A stretch of DNA of 62,545 nucleotides, filler included, from 5 parts of 5 records of this genome joined end to end with filler, not necessarily neighbours in it, one strand, 5' to 3'; shown: positions 9,631 to 19,852, counted from the first letter of the whole stretch. Notes: generated by a model from the sequence alone, not told the origin. Numbers and translations: made by a program.

Positions 9631-10818
9631 ATGAATCAAAAATCAAAATATCCATTTCATATTTTAGCAAAACCAATAGGACCAATTTGTAACCTTGATT
9701 GCGAATACTGCTTTTACTTAGATAAAAAAGACGAAATGTTTTCAGATGTTTCAAATTTCAAAATTCCGGATGATACTCTTGAAAAATTCATAAAATCATA
9801 TATCGAAGCTCAACCTGATCAAGTACAGGAAATCAACTTTGCTTGGCAAGGTGGAGAACCAACTCTTATGGGAGTTGATTTTTTCCAGAAAGTTTTGGAG
9901 TTACAGAAAAAATATAAACCAAATAATAAAAGAATCGTAAATGCTATGCAAACTAACGGAACTCTATTAGATGATACATGGGGAGAATTTTTACATAAAA
10001 ATAATTTCCTGATAGGAATCAGTATCGATGGACCGCGAGAATTACATGATAAATATAGAAAATGTAATGATGGATCAGGTTCATTTGATGATGTAATGAA
10101 AGGTCTGGAAATTCTAAAAAAACATAAAGTTGAATTCAATATCTTAACTGTTGTTCAATCTGATAATTCCAGATATCCGGAGAAGGTGTATCGATTTCTA
10201 AAAAGTACAGGTGCAAAATATTTTCAGTTCATTCCAATTGTAGAACCAGATGCTACATCAAAGAAGAAGGTGAGTCGTAGATCAGTCACTCCGGAAAGAT
10301 GGGGTAACTTCTTGAACAAGATGTTTGACCTTTGGATCAAAAAAGATACTGATACAATTTATGTTCAACATTTTCATCTAATGATCGAAATGGCAATGGG
10401 CTATCCATCAAGTTTATGTGTTCACAGTCCGGTTTGTGGTAGAGCAGTTGCACTTGAACATAATGGAAATATTTATAGTTGTGACCATTTCGTTTTCCCT
10501 GAATATTTTCTTGGAAACATAAATACTGATTCAATTATCGATATGGTTGATGGAGATATGCAAATGAAATTCGGGCAAGACAAATATGATAAACTACCGC
10601 AACATTGTCTTGATTGTAAATATCTGAAAATTTGCTACGGAGGCTGTCCGTCACATAGGCTAATCCGAACTCCTGATAACAAACCGGGACTAAATTATCT
10701 ATGTGAAGGCTATAAAATGTTTTATAAACATAGTGAAAAATACATAAGAGCACTAGCTAAATGCGGCTCTATGAGAGCTCCTCTAAGCCATTTTAAAAAA
10801 TTTCTTAACGTTAGATAA
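9631..10818 (+). CDS. Anaerobic sulfatase maturase (radical SAM/SPASM, AslB/ChuR family)
   Basis: KPIGPICNLDCEYCFY, AWQGGEPTL, YSCDHFV, CLDCKYLKICYGGCP. Confidence 0.93.
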   Translation: MNQKSKYPFHILAKPIGPICNLDCEYCFYLDKKDEMFSDVSNFKIPDDTLEKFIKSYIEAQPDQVQEINFAWQGGEPTLMGVDFFQKVLELQKKYKPNNKRIVNAMQTNGTLLDDTWGEFLHKNNFLIGISIDGPRELHDKYRKCNDGSGSFDDVMKGLEILKKHKVEFNILTVVQSDNSRYPEKVYRFLKSTGAKYFQFIPIVEPDATSKKKVSRRSVTPERWGNFLNKMFDLWIKKDTDTIYVQHFHLMIEMAMGYPSSLCVHSPVCGRAVALEHNGNIYSCDHFVFPEYFLGNINTDSIIDMVDGDMQMKFGQDKYDKLPQHCLDCKYLKICYGGCPSHRLIRTPDNKPGLNYLCEGYKMFYKHSEKYIRALAKCGSMRAPLSHFKKFLNVR

Positions 10819-10892
10819 GTATAAAATTAAAATTTCGTAAATTACAGCTTCGATACTTAAAAACTCAATAAAATCAATACTTCAAGAAATCC

Positions 10893-10939
10893 AAACTCCT
10901 TTATTAAAGTGTTTTTTACTTTTATAAAGGAGTTTTTTT
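10893..10939 (+). terminator. Intrinsic terminator
   Basis: AAACTCCTTTAT ... ATAAAGGAGTTT followed by a T-run. Confidence 0.75.
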
Positions 10940-11624
10940 GCTATTTTAGCGTATTAAGCGTGTATTTTTAGAGATAAATCATAAAATAAACACCTTTAAA
11001 ATAACTTATTATTAATTTTTTTACTCTAAACAACTGAAATTTTCATACTCTCTTTTAACTCTTCCTTAAAATATATATTTTACTTTTCTCTTTTAATAAT
11101 CTCTATTGGAACATGCTGTCCATACACATTCAATGCCCACTCTGCAAAAATATCTTCCTAATATAAAAAAACTACCTAAGCAACATTATCGGACAATTTT
11201 TATATTAGGAAATTTTACCTACAGATATATCGCAGGGACTACTCGATTCTAAATATTTTCTCAAAATCCTCCCTTTTTCTACTCTACACCCCTTGAAATA
11301 TTATACTAAGTTTTATTATTGATGATTTTTTAATCAAACAATCTAATAAAATATTTATTTAAAATCAAGTCAAGAATAAATTTTCACTGCTAAATATTCG
11401 ATAATATACATTATACTAAGATTAAAATTGCAGAATATAAAATTTAACTTTATTATTAAACTATCTTTTAATAATCCAGACTTTATTACTTAATAAAAGT
11501 TAAATTTATTTCGACAAAAGCACTCAAGTATTCAAATTAAAATATGCAAAAATTAGACACCTTTTCAACTTTTGGAAGATAGTCTGAATTTCAGATCGTA
11601 TTTCAGAAAAAAAACAGTTTGTGC

Positions 11625-11653
11625 TTGAATTTTTCACATTTATGTTATATAAT
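11625..11653 (+). promoter_or_regulatory. Putative sigma70 promoter of the HTH-TPR regulator
   Basis: TTGAAT-17 nt-TATAAT. Confidence 0.5.
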
Positions 11654-11730
11654 AAATGTAATGTAATTTACTATTAATTTGGGGATTTATAGTCACGATT
11701 TCATTAAACATATTTACAAAGGAGGCTAAA

Positions 11731-12978
11731 GTGGATATATTGTCGCCAGTTGAAAAACTGATATACTACAGAAAAATGTACAAAATTAGTCAGGAAGAGT
11801 TAGTACGTGACAGCATTGCTAGAAGTTACCTTGCAATGATAGAATCAAAGCGGAAAAAATTAAACAACAAAATTGCGGGAATTCTTGTGGATAACTTCAA
11901 CACTATTTTAGAGGAAAAGGAAATTAATTTTTCACTTTCACTTGATTATTTATTAGAGGAAAAAGAAACGCAGATTACGCAAATTACGGAGACTATGCTG
12001 ACTAAACTAAATAATGATAAAGTTGATTCAATAGCATTTGAAGCAGAAAAATTATTTTTAGAAGAAGAGTCAAAGGATAACAAAAAAAGAATATACATGG
12101 AAATAGGTAACACATATTTCGAAAAGAATGATTATTCGAATTCTAATAAATTTTATCAGGAAATTTTAGGAATTATAATCAAAGATAAAGAGAAAGATTT
12201 ACTTGAAGAAGTTGTCTTGAAAATGCTAAGAGGTAATTTAGAAATTGAAGCTTATGCTAATAATTTACTTCTAAGTAAAAAAATTGAAAAATTTGTGGAA
12301 TCGTTTACTAAAAGTGGAAAAAGAGAATATTTATATTCGGTTGCTGTTTCCTCTTTAAAAACTAAAAATTGTACAAGACCTTTAGAGGTATTTAAAGAGC
12401 TTGAAAAATCATCAACATTAGATGAAATTTTTGAACTAAAAATGCTTCAGGCAGAATGCTGTACTAAATCAAAAGATTATGATGAAGCAGCTTCAATTTA
12501 TAGAGGCGCACTTCTTAAATTTAAAGATAAAAGTAAAAAATTAGTTGTTAATTATAATCTATTAAAATTAGCTAGATCACTAGATGATGCTGAAAAAATC
12601 GCCTTATATCTGAGAAAAATATTTATTCTATTAGATGAACTCGATTTAAGCGAAATTGATTCTTCAGATAATATTTTATATCAAGTTGGTATAACATCAA
12701 AAGAGCTAGGGAAAAGAAAGAAAGCTCTTACTTGTTTCCAAGAACTATTAGCTAACTCTGATAATATTGATTTGAAATTCGAGGCAATCAATAATTCATT
12801 AGATATGCTAAGAAAGCAGGAGTTAAGACAAGTTAAAATTTTAGAAGAATCATTTTTTAATCTACTTGAGCAAAAAGAGAATTATAAAATTGGATATAAA
12901 TTTATCCTATTCTATTCTTCAAATTCATTAGAAAAATGTGAAGAAAGATTTAAAACTAAAATTGAAAAATTTATATAA
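11731..12978 (+). CDS. XRE-HTH + TPR-like transcriptional regulator (RRNPP-like architecture)
   Basis: N-terminal YRKMYKISQEEL..IARSYLAMIESK HTH followed by helical TPR-like repeats; GGAGG RBS, GTG start. Confidence 0.75.
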   Translation: MDILSPVEKLIYYRKMYKISQEELVRDSIARSYLAMIESKRKKLNNKIAGILVDNFNTILEEKEINFSLSLDYLLEEKETQITQITETMLTKLNNDKVDSIAFEAEKLFLEEESKDNKKRIYMEIGNTYFEKNDYSNSNKFYQEILGIIIKDKEKDLLEEVVLKMLRGNLEIEAYANNLLLSKKIEKFVESFTKSGKREYLYSVAVSSLKTKNCTRPLEVFKELEKSSTLDEIFELKMLQAECCTKSKDYDEAASIYRGALLKFKDKSKKLVVNYNLLKLARSLDDAEKIALYLRKIFILLDELDLSEIDSSDNILYQVGITSKELGKRKKALTCFQELLANSDNIDLKFEAINNSLDMLRKQELRQVKILEESFFNLLEQKENYKIGYKFILFYSSNSLEKCEERFKTKIEKFI

Positions 12979-12995
12979 CATTAAAAAAGGAAGTC

Positions 12996-13095
12996 NNNNN
13001 NNNNNNNNNNNNNNNNNNNNNNNNNNNNNNNNNNNNNNNTTAATTAATTAANNNNNNNNNNNNNNNNNNNNNNNNNNNNNNNNNNNNNNNNNNNN
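12996..13095. other. Artificial contig linker
   Basis: N-run + TTAATTAATTAA + N-run; composition and gene content change across it. Confidence 0.98.
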
Positions 13096-14598
13096 AACTA
13101 CAGCAAACCCTTTACCAGCTTCTCCTGCAGTTGCTGCTTCTACGGCGGCATTTAAAGAAAGAATATTTGTCTGAAATGCGATTTGGTCAATCACTGTGAT
13201 TGCTTCATTTATTGAAGTAACTTCATTGTTAATCTCTTCCATTGCTTGAGTCGTTTGACTTGCTAAACTTTTTCCATTTTTTGCAGAAAGTGTTAATTCA
13301 TGTGCATATTCAGACATTTTTACAACTTTATTAGTACTTGTTGAGATATTTGATGTGATTTCATCAATTGCAGCAGCAGTTTCTTCAAGTGATACTGCCG
13401 CTTCATTTGAGTTTTTATTGAGTATATCAACATTTTTAAGTAAAATATCACTGCTATTATTAAGAGTCAATCCATTGGCTTTATTTTCAACAAGCATAGC
13501 GTTTATAGCTTCTCTTAAAGTATTAATATTTATTAGCATTGAATAAAAAACACCAGTTGGATTGATATTTTTTATCTCTAACTCTTTTGTATAGTCTAAC
13601 TTCGAATAAACTTCTAAAACATCATTGATACTTAAAATTCTTGTTTTTAAGTTATCTAAAGCAACATTAATTGTGTCTTTTAATTGATCAAGTGCTTCAC
13701 TATTTGTATTTGTCTCTATACGTCCAGAAAAACAACAATTTGACACTCCATCCATAATCTGTTGCACTTCATCAATAAAAATATTCTCTTCATATATCGA
13801 TTTTTTCACTTTTTCAATATTTTGATTTACCACTAAGGCCATCTGCCCTATTTCATCTTTACCATCTTTTAATACTGAAACATCCCCTTTCTCTTTATTT
13901 AAAAATTTAAAGAACTCTAATAAACCAACTTGAAACTCATTAACTGAAGATATAATTCTTTTTGATAAAAGTAGAAAAACAATCGCTACAAAAACAATTA
14001 CAAATGAACCAAAAAGTAGCGTAATAGTCTCCATTGAGTTTAACGTTGATTCAATAATTTTTCCTCTTTCATCATTTTCGTTTCTATGTTCTACTAGCCA
14101 AATTTCAAGTGGTTTAAAGAGTTTTTCAGCAAATGGATCCAATTGAAGCATAAGTTTATTTCCTTCATCTTCACCAAATTTTATATAAGTATTGGCCATC
14201 TTAATACCAATAGTATAAAACTTTTCAAAGTTTGCTTTAAACTCTTCTAATTCACCAACCATCTGCGGTTCATTATATCTTTTATGTTCACTAATAAGGT
14301 GATCTAAAATTTTATTTCCATCTTCAAAGTATTTTTTAGCTTCATCAAAACCATCATCAAACCCCTCTTTCGCACGAGTTGCTGATATATCAGTAAGCCA
14401 TTGTTGTACTTGTATAACATCAAGTTTTAAATGCAGAAAATTAAACGCATGTGGCAAGATCTCATGCTCTTTTTCTACAATCATACCTTTTGCATCATCA
14501 ATTTGTTTGTAGTTAAACACAATATTAAAAATAACTGCAACTACAATTGCAGCTCCCACAAATCTTAGCGTCACTTTTAAAGAGAAGTTCTTTAACAT
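13096..14598 (-). CDS. Methyl-accepting chemotaxis protein (3' truncated by contig end)
   Basis: 2 TM helices, [32 protein letters not shown] signalling motif. Confidence 0.93.
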
Positions 14599-14889
14599 CT
14601 ACTTTTCCTTTTTATCTTGATGTTTCTTTTTATATTTTTTATACGCTTCACTATTACTCACATAAAATATTCCATCAGAATCTTTTAATATGTAATCACC
14701 TAAATTTACCCTTTTACCACATTGCAATACAGTAAGTTTTAAAAATGGTTTCGTTTTATCAACAGCTTTGACTTTTACATCATCACTCTTAATAAATTTT
14801 TTAATTTTTTCTATGGTTGTGCTTGAAGTATCTTTAAAGCGAATATCATCAATGATTTCAACTTTTTTAATATTACATTTTTTTTCCAT
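14599..14889 (-). CDS. Small hypothetical protein abutting the MCP
   Basis: 96-aa ORF whose TAG directly precedes the MCP ATG. Confidence 0.55.
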   Translation of the reverse strand: MEKKCNIKKVEIIDDIRFKDTSSTTIEKIKKFIKSDDVKVKAVDKTKPFLKLTVLQCGKRVNLGDYILKDSDGIFYVSNSEAYKKYKKKHQDKKEK

Positions 14890-15021
14890 TTTTTACTCTT
14901 TATATTATTTTGAATTATAACTTTCATAAGTTACAATTTAGCTACAAGTATCTCATTGTAAAAATATACTAAAATTACTACTAAGATAGAATGGGGAGAA
15001 GATAAAAGATTGAAGAAAAGT

Positions 15022-15049
15022 GTAATTAGCAATGAGACTTGCTAATTAC
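15022..15049 (-). terminator. Hairpin after clpP
   Basis: GTAATTAGCAA / TTGCTAATTAC perfect 11-bp stem. Confidence 0.7.
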
Positions 15050-15055
15050 GTTATA

Positions 15056-15640
15056 TTATGGATTTTTACTAATAACTTTATCTACAAGCCCATAGTCACT
15101 AGCTTCTTCGGCACTCATAAAATTATCACGTTCTGTATCTTTTTCAATTTTTTTGAGGGTTTGACCTGTTTGTTTTGATAAAAGTTTATTTAATACCTCT
15201 TTCATTCGTAAAATCTCTTTTGCTTGAATAGCAATATCAGTAGCTTGCCCTTGAGCTCCACCTAAAGGTTGATGGATCATAATTCTAGCATGAGGGAGAG
15301 AATATCTTTTTCCTGGAGTTCCTGAACTTAAAAGAAAAGCTCCCATAGACGCTGCTTGTCCTATACAAATAGTACAAATATCAGGTTTAATATAATTCAT
15401 CGTATCATAGATAGACATACCACTTGTGATAACTCCACCTGGAGAGTTGATATAAAGATAGATATCTTTATCAGGATCTTCTGCTTCTAAAAATAAAAGT
15501 TGCGCTACAATTGTTGAAGCTACTTGGTCATTTACTTCACCACTTAACATGATGATTCTATCTTTTAGAAGTCTTGAATAGATATCATAACTTCTCTCAC
15601 CTCTTCCTGTTTGTTCTACTACAAATGGTATATAACTCAT
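15056..15640 (-). CDS. clpP: ATP-dependent Clp protease proteolytic subunit
   Basis: [35 protein letters not shown]. Confidence 0.97.
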   Translation of the reverse strand: MSYIPFVVEQTGRGERSYDIYSRLLKDRIIMLSGEVNDQVASTIVAQLLFLEAEDPDKDIYLYINSPGGVITSGMSIYDTMNYIKPDICTICIGQAASMGAFLLSSGTPGKRYSLPHARIMIHQPLGGAQGQATDIAIQAKEILRMKEVLNKLLSKQTGQTLKKIEKDTERDNFMSAEEASDYGLVDKVISKNP

Positions 15641-15666
15641 CTTTTCTTTTCCTTTAATTTAAATTG

Positions 15667-16008
15667 TTAACTAGTACATTGTCCACCAAAGCATGTGATT
15701 TGATCTTTACAATCCTCACATGCAGGTGCTACTTCCCCAATACTATCATAAATGAATTTTTTCCAAAGTTTTATAGCAGGTTTCATCTCTGCTAATTTTG
15801 GAAAGTGCTCATTCATATATTTTCCCATTTGAACTCTATTATTAAATCCAAGATCTTGGTATAAATGGTTTGGTTCAAGTGAGATTTTTGCTACATGAGG
15901 AGCTATTTCATTTTTTGAGTATTCATCTTTTGCATATGACTGTAAAAGAGTTGTGACTTTACTTTCTAAAGTATCAAGGTCAGTTGTTTGTACTATTTTA
16001 GTTTCCAT
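15667..16008 (-). CDS. nifQ: Nitrogen fixation protein NifQ
   Basis: NHLYQDLG, HFPKLA, WKKFIY and C-terminal APACEDCKDQITCF. Confidence 0.85.
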   Translation of the reverse strand: METKIVQTTDLDTLESKVTTLLQSYAKDEYSKNEIAPHVAKISLEPNHLYQDLGFNNRVQMGKYMNEHFPKLAEMKPAIKLWKKFIYDSIGEVAPACEDCKDQITCFGGQCTS

Positions 16009-16018
16009 ATTCACTTCT

Positions 16019-16035
16019 ATTCAAAATCTATTCCT
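16019..16035 (-). promoter_or_regulatory. Variant sigma54 promoter (nifQ-clpP)
   Basis: AGG-AATAGATTTT-GA (GG-N10-GA in place of GC). Confidence 0.55.
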
Positions 16036-16116
16036 AGTATAATCAATAGAAGTTATTTTTCTAAAATGTGTTTTAATTAGTCTTTAAAATTTAATTTAAA
16101 TTAAGTAGAAATTATA

Positions 16117-17343
16117 CTAAAGAGTCATCTCTATCATTTTTCCATTGACAACTTCACCAAACTCATAACCAAAATCATAGCAGTTTAACAGCTCGATTTT
16201 TGTAGGAATAAGTTTTACTTTTTGAGGAGCTAAAGGAACTCTAAACTTTAGGTTTTTAAGTCTACTTTGCATCATATCAACAGCTTCCCCACTCCATCCA
16301 TAACTTCCAAAACATCCACCAAACTTTCCTTTTTTCTCTAAAAGCATCATACATGAAAGTAGATCCCAAACAGGCTTTGGAACATCTCCATTAATAGTTG
16401 GAGCACCTATAAGTATCCCTGTACTTTCTTCTAAAATTGTGATCATATTTTGCTCATCAAGAGCTGTTAGATCATAGATATTTGCTATTAAAGATTCATT
16501 AGCTTCTATACCATTAAAAATAGCATCTGCCATATCTTTTGTATTTTTATAACTTGTTACATAAAAAATAGAGACCACTTTTTTCCCATGGAGACGCTCT
16601 TCTTTTGTACTCCATTTCAGATAGGCATCAAGATATTTTTGCGGATTGTTTCTAATAATCGGACCATGGAGATTACAAATCATGTCAATTTCATACTTCT
16701 CATATAATCTTAAAGCATTTAAAACATCAGTTTTAAAAGGTCTCATAATATGATCATAGTAGTATTTAAAAGCGTAATCAAAATCCCCCACAAGATCATC
16801 AAACAATCTATCATCAAAATAGTGACTTCCAAATACATCTCCACTAAAAAGGATTTGATCCTCTACTAGATAACTACTCATAGTTTCTGGCCAGTGTAGA
16901 TTTGGAGTACTTAAAAACTTGAGAGTCTTTCCACCAAATTGAAGCTCTTTATTGGTCCAAACATTTTCTAGGTTTTCAAGCTCTAGATTTCCAGCAATTG
17001 ATTTTAACATAGGTCTTGCTTGTGGAGAGATAAATACTTTTGCATCTTTTGTACGTGCAGTAAGTTCAGCTAAAGCTCCACTATGATCTGGTTCTAGGTG
17101 GTGCATAACGATATATTTAATATCTTCATATTTGCACACTGACTCTACTTTTTCAAAGAACTCTTTTGAAAACTCTTTTTTTACAGTATCAAAGATGATA
17201 ACACCTTCATCAGTTTTTAATAGATAGGCATTATATGTAGTACCATTAGCTGTTTTCATAATAATATCAAAAGTTCTGATATCTGGGTCACTGACACCGA
17301 TGTAATATAAATTGTTTTTTATTTTTATTGCTTCATTCTTCAT
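16117..17343 (-). CDS. fprA: Flavodiiron protein (FprA/Roo family O2/NO reductase)
   Basis: GTTYNAYL, HHLEPDHSG, LHWPE, FSGDVFGSH, C-terminal flavodoxin FGSYGWSGEA. Confidence 0.93.
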   Translation of the reverse strand: MKNEAIKIKNNLYYIGVSDPDIRTFDIIMKTANGTTYNAYLLKTDEGVIIFDTVKKEFSKEFFEKVESVCKYEDIKYIVMHHLEPDHSGALAELTARTKDAKVFISPQARPMLKSIAGNLELENLENVWTNKELQFGGKTLKFLSTPNLHWPETMSSYLVEDQILFSGDVFGSHYFDDRLFDDLVGDFDYAFKYYYDHIMRPFKTDVLNALRLYEKYEIDMICNLHGPIIRNNPQKYLDAYLKWSTKEERLHGKKVVSIFYVTSYKNTKDMADAIFNGIEANESLIANIYDLTALDEQNMITILEESTGILIGAPTINGDVPKPVWDLLSCMMLLEKKGKFGGCFGSYGWSGEAVDMMQSRLKNLKFRVPLAPQKVKLIPTKIELLNCYDFGYEFGEVVNGKMIEMTL

Positions 17344-17353
17344 ACTTTAGTAG

Positions 17354-17370
17354 ATGCATAAATTATTCCT
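17354..17370 (-). promoter_or_regulatory. Sigma54 promoter of fprA
   Basis: AGG-AATAATTTAT-GCAT. Confidence 0.75.
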
Positions 17371-17379
17371 AAATGAAGA

Positions 17380-18279
17380 TTATTTAAGTTGTAGTGCTGT
17401 TTGTACACATCCATCAAGTGATGTATTGTCTGAAATGATAGGTTGAATATATTCTGGGAAATACGAAGCAGTTGTTTTTCCTATACTAATAGCTTTAAAA
17501 CTATCATCCCAATGAGCATTTTGTAAAAAGCATTCTATCGTAGAAGGAGACGAAAAAATGATAATAGAGTTTTTTGGAAGCTGTATTTTTTTTGGATATT
17601 TTTTACAAAGAGTTTCATAGATCGCTTTTTGATCACACTCCACTCCATTATCGTTTAAGATCTGAACCAAATTGGAAACAATCTTTTTTCCACCTAGATA
17701 TAATACTTTTTTCCCCTTCAATAAAGGGATTAGTTCATGTGCAAACTCATCTCCATGTTTATGTTTCCCAACATATTCTAAAGTTCCACCCAACCATTTA
17801 AGATTTTTTGCAGTTTGTGGTGCAATAACATATGAGGGGATCTTCTCCCATTGATTACTGATAGAATCTAAAGTTTTGATAGCGTTTTTTGAAGTGAATA
17901 TCAAAGCATCATATCCACTAAGATCTATCTCTTTTTCTATTGGCTGCGTAGTAATTACAGGAAAATTTTGTGCGTATTTAACTTTTTTATCACTAAGGAT
18001 AAAAATATTTTTTTGGCTATTTTTGATCCCAAAAACTATATTTTTAAGCTTTTGAGCTATTTTTGAAAAAAATCCATCATCTTCTACGATCGTGATATCT
18101 TTATTTTCATCAACTAAAAACTTAATATCATTATTAGTAAGTGTATATGTGATCTTAATAAACTCTTGATATACCTCATCTTGAGTACATATCTTATCGA
18201 CAATAAGCTTTTGAGTGCTTTTGTCATATTCGTAATATAATAGATCTAGATTGTTCAAAATTGTAACCATTTTTTCCAT
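17380..18279 (-). CDS. hemD: Uroporphyrinogen-III synthase with ~90-aa N-terminal extension
   Basis: YDALIFTSKNA, IYET, IIFSSPSTIECF, ISIGKTTA. Confidence 0.85.
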   Translation of the reverse strand: MEKMVTILNNLDLLYYEYDKSTQKLIVDKICTQDEVYQEFIKITYTLTNNDIKFLVDENKDITIVEDDGFFSKIAQKLKNIVFGIKNSQKNIFILSDKKVKYAQNFPVITTQPIEKEIDLSGYDALIFTSKNAIKTLDSISNQWEKIPSYVIAPQTAKNLKWLGGTLEYVGKHKHGDEFAHELIPLLKGKKVLYLGGKKIVSNLVQILNDNGVECDQKAIYETLCKKYPKKIQLPKNSIIIFSSPSTIECFLQNAHWDDSFKAISIGKTTASYFPEYIQPIISDNTSLDGCVQTALQLK

Positions 18280-18344
18280 AAAGGATATGGTACAATAAGC
18301 GCTCTAAATTTGAACTAAATAGAACTATAAAACATATATTTAAG

Positions 18345-18707
18345 TTATTTTAATAATATTCTTTTAAGCCATAATGGAGCGTTTCCATTAATCATCTTTT
18401 GTAAAGAGTTTAATATATTTTCTATAGTCTCCTCCTCAGATGAGCTTCTCATAGGATATATCCCCACACTTTGTACCATATTAGCAGCTTTTGGCCCAAT
18501 TTGAGTTACACAGATAATATCACAATCTTCAATACACTCTATTTTATAAGTAAGCTTTTCAATCTCATCATCATGCTTTAAAGATGAGTCCACCTCTTCA
18601 AGAAGTTTAAACCCCTCACCATCTACTTCATATTTATAAAACTTTTCACACCATCCAAAATGCTGATTTACGTGTATCCCATCAAGTGAAGCGAATGCTA
18701 TTTTCAT
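18345..18707 (-). CDS. NifX/NifB-family FeMo-cofactor carrier protein
   Basis: MKIAFASLDGIHVNQHFG, IGPKAA; start moved to ATG 18707. Confidence 0.85.
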   Translation of the reverse strand: MKIAFASLDGIHVNQHFGWCEKFYKYEVDGEGFKLLEEVDSSLKHDDEIEKLTYKIECIEDCDIICVTQIGPKAANMVQSVGIYPMRSSSEEETIENILNSLQKMINGNAPLWLKRILLK

Positions 18708-18737
18708 TTGAACCCTTTTTCTTTTTGTTATTATAGT

Positions 18738-18754
18738 ATGCAATAGTTATTCCT
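18738..18754 (-). promoter_or_regulatory. Sigma54 promoter
   Basis: AGG-AATAACTATT-GCAT. Confidence 0.75.
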
Positions 18755-18872
18755 AATTTAAAATACAACTCTCTTTCAAAATTTAAAAAATAAATCAACT
18801 TAAAAGAATAACTTTTACTTAAGGGAATATCTTATAGAGTTATGGATAATATTTTTCCTTTAAGGAGTCAAA

Positions 18873-19829
18873 ATGAAAGAGATATATGATATAGCAGTTA
18901 TTGGAGCTGGACCAGCAGGGATTGCAGCCTCTTGTGAAGCGATGATTTTAGGGATGGAAAAAATCATTGTATTTGAAAAAAGCTCTAATCATTCAGATAC
19001 TATTAGAAAATATTTTAAAGATAACAAACCAGTAGATAAAAACTGGAAAGGGATCGATGTAGAGGTGATCGGAAATATCAGATTTGATGGAGGAACAAAA
19101 GAGAGTACTCTTGATCTTTTTGATGATGCCTTAGAAAAACACCTAATAGAAGCACGATTTCATACTGAAGTAGCTGGAGTCAAAAAAGAGGATAGTTTCT
19201 TTATCATTGAAACCAATACCAATGAAACCTATAAAGCTAAAAATATAGTCGTAGCTATTGGAAAAATGGGGAAACCAAATAAACCTGAGTATGATCTTCC
19301 AAAGACACTAAAAAATGTGATCAACTTTAACATCAGTGATTGTAAAGAGGATGAGGATATACTCGTTGTAGGTGGCGGTGATAGTGCTGTAGAATTTGCT
19401 TATTTTATTCATGAAGAGAATCGTGTAACACTTAACTATAGAAAAGAAAAGTTTACAAGAGCTAATCAAAAAAATGTAGATAATATAATGGGTAAAGCTC
19501 GTGAAGAAAAGATTAAACTTAAACTTGGAGTCGATATAGAATCTATTGAAGATGAAAATGGAAAAATAAAAGTAACCTATAAAGATAACTCAACGGCCAC
19601 TTACGATAGAGTGATATATGCACTTGGAGGCTCTACTCCACAAGAGTTTTTACTTAACTGTGATATAAAACTTGATGAAAAAAACAAACCTCTAGTAAAT
19701 GATCATAATCTAAACTCAAAAGGCATTTATATAGCAGGTGATATAGCTGGACATCTTGGAGGCTCGATTGCAAGCGCATTGAACCATGGATATGTGATAG
19801 TCAATGATATAAAAGCTAGTGCTGCATAA
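18873..19829 (+). CDS. fqrB: TrxB-like flavoprotein lacking CxxC; FqrB-type flavodoxin/ferredoxin:NADPH reductase
   Basis: GAGPAG, VDKNWKG..FDGGTKESTL, VGGGDSA, YIAGD; recalled similarity to Campylobacter/Helicobacter FqrB. Confidence 0.65.
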   Translation: MKEIYDIAVIGAGPAGIAASCEAMILGMEKIIVFEKSSNHSDTIRKYFKDNKPVDKNWKGIDVEVIGNIRFDGGTKESTLDLFDDALEKHLIEARFHTEVAGVKKEDSFFIIETNTNETYKAKNIVVAIGKMGKPNKPEYDLPKTLKNVINFNISDCKEDEDILVVGGGDSAVEFAYFIHEENRVTLNYRKEKFTRANQKNVDNIMGKAREEKIKLKLGVDIESIEDENGKIKVTYKDNSTATYDRVIYALGGSTPQEFLLNCDIKLDEKNKPLVNDHNLNSKGIYIAGDIAGHLGGSIASALNHGYVIVNDIKASAA

Positions 19830-19852
19830 GCTCTAGCTTTTACACTCAATTC

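Noticed and set aside
9523-11195. Transposon with TGT...ACA ends carrying the sulfatase maturase
   Set aside because: No transposase and flanks (AAAAA vs ATTTT) give no target-site duplication; kept only as an unexplained motif pair
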